This document shows positions 53,801-64,000 of a DNA stretch of 64,000 nt, piece by piece (the first letter of the stretch is position 1; every line of letters begins with the position of its first letter). The stretch comes from Phaeosaccion multiseriatum (lineage: Eukaryota > Protista > Ochrophyta, other classes). The notes under the pieces were generated by a model that searched no databases, was not told the origin of the DNA, and was given only the letters and a program-made list of their open reading frames with translations. The stretch spans positions 5,208,001 to 5,272,000 of the forward strand of contig OZ218951.1 of NCBI GenBank assembly GCA_965112735.1, written 5' to 3'. A program made the translations under genes and the position numbers.

Positions 53801-56131
53801 GTGCTGTGCCGTGGATGGAGCAGCGGGTACCCTGCTCGTGTGGAGGATCTCGATATGGTGGCGGCAGGCAAGGCCAAGAGAGTCATCATCCTCAAACACG
53901 CAGGTGGGATGGGTGCGTGAGTGCGTGCGAGCGTCAGGGGCATGTGCGTGTGTCTGTCTCTCTCGGTGTGTTTGTGCGTGTGGGTGTGCTGGATGTGTGT
54001 GTGCGTGCGTGCGTGCATGCGTGCGTGCGTGCGTGCGTGGATGAATTGAAAGTGCTCAATTTTGAGTGTGTGGATGGGTTGGGGTATTGGGTTGGGTGTG
54101 CACTTGAGTTTCAGTACGTGGATGGAGTGTGAGGGAGTGTGGGAGTTAGGCTTGGCTACTACTGCTGCTAGTGCTGCCACGGCCAGGGCCATTTCTGCGT
54201 CTACTACTGCTGCTACCACGACTGTTGCTAATGCTACTGCCCCTTCTGCTGCTGCTCCCACTACTGCCCTCCGGCCTTAGGCGAGAGAAAGGAGGGCCCT
54301 GAGGACCCTGAGAAGACTCGAACGGACTTTTTGGTAACTCAGAAGGCCGTGGAGAGCGTGCAGCGCGACCAGAGACGAAAGGTAGGCAGCGAAGAAGAGG
54401 GGCCACATATGGTTTTTGTTACAAAGAGGGGCGAAGGATGCATGGTGTGAGGGTAAAGCCAAAGGATGACAAGGAGTTGCCACCGCAATCGGTCCATCAT
54501 CTGATGCGGCCACACCTTTCTCCCCTCCCCTCCCCTCCCCTCCCCTCATCTCCCCTCATCTCCCCTCCCCTCATCTCCCCTCATCTCCCCTCCCCTCCTG
54601 TCCCCTCCCCTCCCCTGCCCTGCCCTCCTCTCCCCTCCCCTGCCCTCCTGTGCCTCCCCATCCACGACCATCCCCCCTCAGCTGAGTCTCTTCCGCCAGG
54701 CCCACGATGCTCTGCCCCTGACCGTGGTGCATGCTTCGGAGGCCATCCTCGGAGCGAACGACGAACACGTACGTAACAACTTGGTGACCCTTACGCGACC
54801 ATTACGCAACCCTTACGCGGCCCATATGCCTGCCTGCCCATGTGCCTGCCTACGCAACTGCCTACCCAACTCTTTGTCTGTATGCCTGCCCAAACACCTG
54901 CCCATACGCCTGTTCAGCGGCTGCTGCCTCGTGACGCTCATCACGTGATTGGGGCCAAAGAGAACGCTGTTGTGGCAAGGATCGTGGGGCAGGTAAGCAA
55001 CTTCTTACAGTAAGTCAGTGTGTGAGAGTGTGTGTGTGTGTGCGCGCATGCTACTCCCAACCCCCACCTACTGCCACCCCTCCTCTCCTCCATCCACTGC
55101 CATCCTTCCTCAGTGTGTGCTGCAGCCCGGCGTGTCAGGTGTGCACGAAGAGATCCTCACACAGACGTGCGGCAGTGTCGAGTTCTACTTTGTGCCGTTA
55201 CGCAAATGGCCCATGTTCTCGGAGGTAAGTGTGTGCATGTGTATGTGCGTATGTGTGTGTATGTGTGTGTGTGTGTGTGTTTACGTGTGTGCATGTGTGT
55301 GCGTGTGTGTGCCCCCCGTGTGCATTCTTATGTGTGTGAGTGTGGGTGGGTGTATGTGTGCCTGTGTGTAAGTCCATAATCAATGGATTTTCTCCCTCAA
55401 AGCAGAGAGGCGGCTCGAGGCTCGAATCTGCCTCATGGCTCAAGCGATGGCGCCTTGTTCCTTGACTTACTCTCTGACTTACTCACTGGAAAACCTATTC
55501 TGCCTATCTTTCGTACTGTCTCGGCATGCCTTTGCACACACGTGCACACGCGCTCCTCGGTCCCTTCCCTGTACGCACGCACGCCCTCACGCGCCCACGC
55601 ACCCACAGCACCGCTTGACTTACGGCGACATCACGAGCAGGTACATCGCTTGGCCATTGGGGTATTCGGACGTGCACATTCACTGCCACCCCTTCTATTA
55701 TGGTGTACATTCAGTGTCATCTCTTTTATATTGTGCACATAACCCGTCCCTCTCTCCCTCCCTCCCACCCTCCCACCCTCCCTCGAGCAGGTTCGACACG
55801 GCGGTGGTCTGCGGAGTGATGGGCAGGCCTCGTCCTTCCTCCGACCCCTCCACTAACGTCGCCGCAGCAGCGCCAAAGAGCCCCAAGGAGGGGGCCTCCG
55901 TCACTTCCCGCCCCGACGTGAGTGAGTGAGTGAGTGAGTGAGTGAGTGAATGTGTGAATGAGTGAGCTCACCCCACAGGGCCCTCCAAACGACATAGCCG
56001 GGTGGAGAGAGAGCTAAGCTCCTGTTGTTCACCTCTTGGCTTTCCTTTTCTTTATCATATTGCTCTTCGCTGTCACACACACACACGCATACACGCCTGC
56101 CCACCCGTACGCACACACAAACACACACACA

Positions 56132-56207
<76 letters not shown>

Positions 56208-59200
56208 CGCACACACATACGCACAGACTCCGTTTCGGCTGCTGATGAACCCTCCTCCCGATCTGAAGCTCGAGGAAGGCGACCGCCTCCTCTTCCTGGC
56301 AAACTGCATGAGCAGTTGAGTGCTTTGGGGCGTCGGGCGGTTTGGGTTGGTGAAGTACTTGTTCCTCTTCACTCACTCACTCACTCACCCACTCACCCAC
56401 TCACCCACTCAATCACTCACACTCACTAGCTCACTCTCTCACCCACCCACTCACTCACTCACTCACTCACTCACATACGCACCGACCCACCGACCATTCA
56501 CCCCGCGTACCAGAGATCCGACCCAGAGCCGCCCTTCCTGCCCACGGCAAGAGAGGCGTCCAGCAGGGGGTCCAGCAAAAAGTAAGTGCCATCCATTGCC
56601 ATCTTTGGCCAGCCGTCTAATACCATGTAGTGCCACCAAGTGGCATCTAGTGCCATCGAATGCCATCTAGTACCATCTAGTACCATCTAGTGCCATCTAG
56701 TACCATCTAGTGCCATCTAGTACCATCTAGTACCATCTAGTAATTGGTGGCAGTGCCATCCCTACGGTGTCGAGCCCACTTGACGCTTGTCTGATTTACA
56801 AGACTCCAGTTGTCCGTGACTTACTAGTCCTGTGGTGTCTGTTTCATGCTTAACTAGTTTCAAACCCAGCGGCGGCAGCTCGACGAGCAGAGGCAAGAGC
56901 AGGAGGCAGGGGGCAAGAAGAAGAGGTGGGGGCAGTGGGGAAGCAGCAGCAGCAGCAGCAGCAGTAGGAAGGGGAGAAGGCGGCGGGGGCAGAGCGAGGA
57001 CGCGATGCCTTCTGCGGTGATACAGCAGCAGCAGTTGGTGATACAACCGCAGCAGGGGGAGGCGGGGCGAGAGGTGTTGGGAAGACACGGCAAGCAGAAG
57101 AAGAAGAAGAAGAAGAAGAGCAAGCAGGAGAAGAAGAGGGAGGAGGAGGAGAAGGAGGGAGGGCGCTCCTTCGCATCGGCGAGTGCTCAAGCCCAGGACA
57201 CCGTGTATATCAAGCGGCCCAAGCACAAGACCGTCGTGCTTAACTGGACCCCCGTAAGTTAATGAATGACCACCCAGGAGGGTGTCAGGTGTCAGGACAG
57301 TGAGGGGATGGGGGATGGGTGTCAGAGGTTAGAGGGGGTAGAGTAAGCCTATGAAAGACTCTCCCTGCAGCTGTCTGCCCCTCTGTGTGTGGACACCCCC
57401 TGCCCTTGAGCAACGGCAGTAGTCCTGCAAACTAACGCCTCTTGAATGTGTGTATGTGTGTGTATATGTGTGTGTGTGTGCGCGCATGTATATCTCTCTC
57501 TCTCTGGGCGTGTCTCTCTCTGTGTCTATCTCTCTATGTATGTATGTGCGCTCTGTATCACCAACAGTCTATGGAGCGGCTGCTGCCCGAGCTCGATGTG
57601 GCGGGGGCCTTCTTCGAGTCTCTGGAAGTGAACGTTCTTGTGCATCCCTCCTGCATCAAGCCCTTTAATGAACACGTAAGAAGAGATGGTGTGACGAGAG
57701 AGAGAAGGGTCAAGAATGAGAGAGATGGAGATCATCAGACCCCCTCCTTTCCTTCCCCCCCCCCTCTTCCTCCTCCTCCTCCTCCTCCTCCTCCTCCTCC
57801 TCCTCCTCCTCCTCCTCCTCCTCCTCCTCCTCCTCCTCCTCCTCCTCCTCCTCCTCCTCCTCCTCCTCCTCCTCCTCCTCCTCCTCCTCCTCCTCCTCCT
57901 CCCAGCTCCGAGCTACCAAGCTGCACCACCTCAAGGTCAACACCATTGAGGGGAGCATGTATCGCATGAAGGACCTTCACGCCGCCGGAGTGCATGAGTG
58001 AGTGTGTGTTTGTGTGTATGTGTGTGTGTGCGCGTGCGTGTGTGTATGTGCGTGCATGCGTGTGTCCGTGCGTGGCACTTGAGAGCCTTCGACCTTCCTG
58101 CCCAACTCCTCTCCCTCTCCCCCTCTCTCTGTCTCTGTCTCCCTCTCCCTCTCCCTCTCTTTCTCTGCCTCTCTCCCTCCCTCTCTCTCTCTCTTCGTCG
58201 CTCTCCCTCCCTCTCTCTCTCTCTCTTTCTGTGTCTGTCGTGACGTACTACTTTGCTGCCTCCCTCTTGACTCACTACTCACTGCCTCATAGGGCGAATT
58301 CCGTGGTGGTGCTGCAGCGCAAAGACGGGCTGTTGTGGCTGGAGGGAGACGGAGACAGCGACATGAGCAACTCCAACGCAGCGGATAACTCCGGCGTACT
58401 CACCACCATCGCACTCATGCAGGTGAGTGGAGAAGGAGGAGGAGGAGAAGGAGAAGGGCTGGGAGGGTAGAGTGGGTGTGTCTCGACGGGTGGGGTCGCC
58501 TACTATGGCAAGGTGAAACTGAAATGCCTCCCTCCCTCCCTCCCTCCCTCCCTCCCTCTTCCTCCCTGCTTCCCCCTCAGGAGGTGATAGGCCGTAGTCG
58601 CCGGTCGACCCCCGATGCCGAGCTGATGCCCCCGCCCACTCTCGTGGCAGAGCTGCACACCAAGCGAGTGAGTGTTACGAAGCAGAGCGAATATGTCGAC
58701 TTAAAGGAGGCAATCAAAGCATGCGCATTGTGTGTGTGTGAAACTGTTACCACGTAACTGTTTACTTCGGTTCGTTAGACATACAATTGTGATCTTCAAC
58801 ACTCCCGCCCTCTGCCTGTGAACCTGTTACCCTCTTTCAACAGGTGGCGACGCTGGCTCAACAGTTGGTGGATTCGACTGAGGGGTGGGCCTGGGGCGTG
58901 TGTGACATTTTCGTTCCCGATGCGCTGGAATCAGGCAAGTGAGATGTGAAGTGAAATGACAAGGTCACAGGGCCAGCAGCAGCAGCCTGAGCATCGAACA
59001 CGCCGGAATTGAAGGAGAGGATTGAGGGAGGGAGGGAGGGATAGAGGGAGAGAGGGAGGGAGGGGAGTGTTTCCACGCCGCTTCTTGTTCCATCTTCCTG
59101 GGCTCTGCTCTCCTTTTCGTGGCATCGCATCACTGCACCGGGCTGACCGATTGGTGGTCCACTTTTGCTTTCTTTGCTTTGTGGCGTCACTGACCCGTCT

Positions 59201-59893
59201 GTTTCTTGGCGCACCTTGCCTTGTCTACCTCACTGACTCTTACTTGGCTTGGATGTCTGGGTGGCTCTATATCTCTCTGGTTGGTGGGGATGGCACTGGA
59301 TGGCTATGTATGGGCACACACGTACACGAAACACACACAGGTTCGCTAGTCCAAATCAGCCTCGATCACAAGCTGGCGAGTGTGTATGAAGAGGTCTTTA
59401 GGCCCAACGGTGAGGAGCTCTGGGGGTGGTCTGTATCGATGTGGTCGATCATCCGAAGTCCATGAGCTGAAACTGTGCTGTGTACCATCACAGACACCTC
59501 TCGACGAGGGCGCTGAACCGCGACCACCACCCCCTCCCACTTACCGACTGACTGACTGACTCACTCACTCACTCACTCACTCGCTCACTCACTCTCTCAC
59601 TCACCCACCCACTCCCTCACTTCCTCTCTCACTCACTCTCTCACTCACTCACTCACTCACTCACTCACTCACTCACTCACTCACTCACTCACTCACTCAC
59701 TCACTCACTCACTCACTCACTCACTCACTCACTCATTCACTCACTCACTCACTCACTTCCTTTGTCACTCGCTCACTCACTCACTCACTCACCCACCCAC
59801 CCACTCACTCACTCACTCACTCACCCACTCACTCAACCACTCACTCACTCACTCACTCACTCACTCACTCGATCACTCCTTCTTCTCGTGGGA

Positions 59894-59929
<36 letters not shown>

Positions 59930-60970
59930 TCCTCCTTGGACAGGTTGGGAGGTGCTGCTGTCAGACACCCAATCGTACGGGTACGGCACACACGGCCCAC
60001 CTACAGAGGCCCAGAAGAAGCAGCAGCCGCATCACTTGGAAGTACAGCGACAGATGGTGACATTCGGGGACATTTGCGACCGGGCCCAGAACCGAGGTCA
60101 CGTCGCCATCGGTGAGCACACTGAATGACCACTCGATGAAGCACTGTGTATGAAGCATGGGGGCAGAGTCCTGGCTGGTGTGAATGGGTGTGGTTGTGTG
60201 TGGGCGGAAGTGGGGGTGAGTGGGGGGGGGAGGAATAATCTCGCTTTCTTGTTGCCATGTCCCCCCCTCTCACTTCTTGACCCGAACCTTTTGCTATTTC
60301 CTCCTACCTTCTTTAACAACCCGCACGTGTACGTGTGTGCGTGCGTGTGTGCGTGCGTGCGTGTATGTATGTGTGTGTGCGCGCCTGCGTGTGCTTTCTG
60401 TCCTCCAACCCAACCCAGGCATGGAGCGCCCCCTGCCTACCCGTACTCGAAAGGGCCGCATCTCCTCCTCCTCCTCCTCCTCCTCTGCAGATGGTGGTGG
60501 CCAGGAGCAAGAGAAAGGAAGTGATAACGGGCGTCGAGAGGTGCTGCTCAACCCCCCAAAGAATATGCGATTTGACGTCAATGACGTGGGTGTGCGCGTG
60601 ATCGTGCTGGCCAAGGTGGACAAATGGGAGGGGAGTGTGGCCAAGCTGGATGGCTGGAGGAAGGAGCAGGTGCGTGAGTGGGGAGGGGAGAGGAGGGGCG
60701 GGGAGGATGACACAAGTGGCTGGCCTCTGGCGTCACCTCGCTGCAACTATTGTGCTTTCCTTGACGCCGAATCATCTCCCCCCCCCCCCCCCTATCTCTC
60801 TTTCTCTCTCTGTCACTTCCCACGCTCCCTCTGCCTCCTCCATCCACTGCCATCCTCCTCGCCCCACACACGCACAGGCTGCTCTGGCTGCGGCTGACTA
60901 CATGCAAGTTAGGAAGATGGAGAAGGCCCTCTCAGAGGGGAGAAGAGCGACGGTGGAGGACATCGCATAG
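50847..60970 (+). CDS. CASTOR/POLLUX-like cation channel (TM/pore region plus RCK domains), many exons
   Basis: [46 protein letters not shown]|[84 protein letters not shown]; N-terminal signal-like peptide. Confidence 0.85.
56641..56740. repeat. 10-bp minisatellite (TRCCATCTAG)x10, intronic
   Basis: Direct tandem units TACCATCTAG/TGCCATCTAG. Confidence 0.92.
57768..57900. repeat. (CCT)n microsatellite just before an acceptor
   Basis: Pure run ending at CCCAG (57905). Confidence 0.95.
59548..59870. repeat. (ACTC)n microsatellite, intronic
   Basis: Long CACT/ACTC tract; similar tracts at 13165-13270, 20677-20826 and 25817-25885. Confidence 0.92.
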
Positions 60971-61873
60971 CATAGCAGAGTAGTCAGCAGTGTGGAATGG
61001 CTCTTGAGCTCTTGAACTTGCAGTCGTACGTATAGCTATGCAGTGTGTATAGCAGACTGCAAGAGAGCCAAACGAAACTAAAGGCCACCGAGTGACGCTT
61101 CGGCGCTTTCTACACTCTCATCGTAACTTTATGGAGGAAGTGTATCAATGTGTACGGCTGGGCGCTGGGCACAGGACAGCCATCACCCATCACTGTCAGG
61201 GCCATCCGGACTTCTTAACTGCAGCCCGGAAAACTTCCTCACAATCAACACAAAGACAGACTTCTTAACAGCAGCCCGGAAAACTACCTCACAATCGACA
61301 CAAAGGTGGGCATCTGGGCAGTGTGGTGCACACACGCACGCACATGCACCACCTCGAGGCCCGGGGGGGAGCAGTGCCCCAAGAGTGCGTGGATATTGAA
61401 GGAGAAGGATGCCAGTTGGGGGCATATGGGCCATTTCCTTGACTTACGCCTTTTGCGTGGAGCTCGCTCGTTCGTCCACTGACAAGTAGAGCCTCCTCCT
61501 CCTTTCAGCAGTGTTGCTTCTCCAGCGTTCTCCAGTGCGAGCTACTGCTTACACCACTTGGCTCAAAACACCGGGCCTTCCTCTCTTGGCGTCTCTCCAC
61601 CTTCTCCAGGCTTAAACACCTGGCCTGCCTCTCTTCGCTTCTCTCCACCTCCTCTAACCCCAACCCTTCCCACCATACAGATGGCCTCACAGATGGCCTC
61701 CAGACGCCGGGACGGAGGTGAGGAAGTGCTGCCACGAGGAGATGAGAGGGATGCCCGACTTCAAGCCCTTCATTTAGTCTTTTTGCTGCTCCGTCCCCTT
61801 TGTCCCCCACTGTAGACAACAAACAAAGAGGCTCACTTGCGCCTCTGTCTCTCTCTCGCTCTCTCTCTTCTCC

Positions 61874-61904
<31 letters not shown>

Positions 61905-61977
61905 CCTCCCTTTTATCTCTTCTCTCTCTCTCTCTCCCCCAACCCGCACCCGCCCCGCGCATCCCATATGCCTCCCA

Positions 61978-64000
61978 CTATCTCGACGCTGCTGCTCTCG
62001 CTGCTGCTTGCTCCTCCTCCTCCTCCTCCTCTTGCTGCTGCTGCTGCTGCGATGCCGCAAACGACATGATGTCCAGGCCGCGCCCCTCTCGGGCGGAAGC
62101 GCTCATCATGGCCACCACATGGGCAGACTGCAGGCATGGTAGTGCACATGTTGGTTGTAAGGGGAGATCACAGTTGGCCGTGTGGGTTGGTGGATGGTGG
62201 TAGCAAGGAGAAGGAACTGGTTTGTGAAGCCCTCGAAACGTAACTGCCGATACGCACACGGATAGAGAGCTCCGCCCTGCTCTGTCTCTCTCTCTATCCC
62301 CCTACCAATCTCTTCCTCCCTGCCTCCCTGCCTCCCTCCCTCCCTCCCTCCCTCCCTCACTCTCTCTCCCCCTCCCTCCCCCTCCCTCCCTCCCTCCCTC
62401 CCTCCCTCCCTCCCTCCCTCCCTCCCTCCCTCCCTCTCCTTCTCCCCCCCTGTCCTCTGGCTATTTGGAAGCACTGCTACTGCCCTACGAACCTTGCAAC
62501 AGTCGAGGCAATCCACAGGGGCGGCCTTCTCTCCCCGCACCACCGATACAAAATCGGCAATCTCATCCTCAAAGGCCTGGCGAGCGGCCGGGCGGGGTGG
62601 GGTGGGGAAGGGAGGGAGTGCGGTATCAGAGTTATGCACAGAAAGAGAGATGGAGTCAAGCTGGAGCAGTGTTTGGAAGCGGATCATGTGCGTGCATATA
62701 TATAATATATATATATAATTACTTCGAAGTATAACTAATATATATATATAAAGAATGTACTATTACTAGCTCACGCACACACACACCTGTCCGAATCGCT
62801 CTGGGAAGGAGTGGTCGGGTCTGTCGCGCCTCTGCCCATGGGCAGTGGAGGCGACGACGTCGGTGCGGTGTTTATTATCGATCTGAAGCATACCCTTGTC
62901 GCCCAGAACCTGGTGTCAGGAAAGGAGGAGGAGGGGGAGGAGGAGGAGGAGGACGACGAGGAGGAGGAGGAGGAGGAGGAGGAGGGGGAAGGAGGAGGAG
63001 TGAGCGTGAGAGGGGGGAGGAGAAGGAGTATGACTTTGTGACTTTGTAGCCTGATGGAGAGGCCTCTATTGCTCTGTGTAGAGGGCCGTTTCCTTGGGCA
63101 TATGGGCATATGCACCACGCACGTACGCACCTCCACCCGATTGTCATAGCCATAAGCCGACGCTCGACCGAGCTCGAAGGACACCACCGCTCCTGCAGAT
63201 CAAAAGGCGGCCAGTCCGTCGGTCGGCCAGTCCGTCGGTCGGCCAGTCCGTCGGTCGGCCAGTCGGTCAGTCAGTCAGTCAGTCAGTCAGTCAGTCAGGG
63301 TCAACGAAGCGAACGAGAAGATGGCGACCTCATTCCCTCTTCCTTCCTTCCTTCCTTCCTTCCTTCCTTCCTTCCTTCCTTCCTTCCTTCCTTCTCCCTC
63401 TCCCTCCCTCCCTCCCTCCCTTCCTCCCTTCCTTCCTTCCTCGCTCCCTCCCCCCTTGCTTTCCCTTCCGTGACATTGAGTACCTGAGGGGAAGGTCAGT
63501 AACGCGTGCGCTGCATCGGCCACGCCTGCCCTTCGCAGCTCTGGATTGCGCGATGAAGCAATGGAAAACACTGAAACACACGCATTCACGCACCCACAGT
63601 ATGAGTTTGCAGGCGATGGCAGCAGGGCGGGGGGGAGAGGGTAGGGACATGCAGATGAGGACGAGGGAGTGGGAAGAAGAGGGGGAGAGAGAAGAAGACG
63701 ATAAAAGGAGTAGATACAGAACCAGCGCTGGCTGGCTGGCTGCCTGTTTGGCTCGGTCGTGGCTCGGCCACTCCATTCCTCACCGTGGCAAGGCTCCTCC
63801 TGCAGCAGCCACAACACGTAGTCTACGTCGTGCACGGCCAGATCTGTGAAAATGTCCCCCCCCTGAGACACAAGGCCGGCAACACGCACACACATACACA
63901 CACAGCACACACACATGCATACACCACACACATACATATGTACATACATACATACATACACAAAACACAGAGAGATTTACACAACGAACCAACCCAACCC
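61978..64000 (-). CDS. Gfo/Idh/MocA oxidoreductase (myo-inositol 2-dehydrogenase-like), 3' part; 5' end lies outside the window
   Basis: GGDIFTDLAVHDVDYVLWL, ADAAHALLTFPSG, RASAYGYDNRVEV|LGDKGML, SFPERF..AFEDEIADF, and last exon SAHVVAMMSASAREGR..* at 61978. Confidence 0.85.

Noticed and set aside
58604-58615. GTCGACCCCCGA as a fourth copy of the palindromic element
   Set aside because: Only a short match inside a coding exon, with no second arm, core or TSD.

Overview
Eukaryotic, gene-dense, intron-rich and microsatellite-rich genomic DNA. A stramenopile alga is my inference from gene content and a putative bipartite targeting signal; the taxon is not established. Most ORFs in the track are artefacts of SSR-filled introns. 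Joining exons by hand gives about 15 spliced genes: RING-HC protein, C2-domain protein, small DUF4282-like membrane protein, sphingosine-1-phosphate lyase, histidine acid phosphatase, GT61/DUF563 glycosyltransferase, STIMATE-family protein, SET-MYND methyltransferase, NudC, class II fumarase, a GRDP-like/SUMO-like fusion, a CASTOR/POLLUX-like channel, a partial Gfo/Idh/MocA oxidoreductase and two intact ankyrin-repeat genes. There are also three pseudogenes (two ankyrin, one GRDP-like). The most notable signals are: (1) three copies of a 93-137 bp palindromic element with co-varying terminal inverted repeats and 6-7 bp target-site duplications; (2) two 'ankyrin pseudogene - element - intact ankyrin gene' arrangements whose genes share a conserved unknown C-terminal tail; (3) a GRDP-like domain fused to a non-conjugatable SUMO-like domain in an exon missing from the ORF track; (4) introns whose two ends carry complementary microsatellites; (5) two dispersed 13-19 bp motifs. 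No tRNA, rRNA, CRISPR array or autonomous transposon was recognised. Exon boundaries were read manually and all family calls rest on motif recognition, not database searches.
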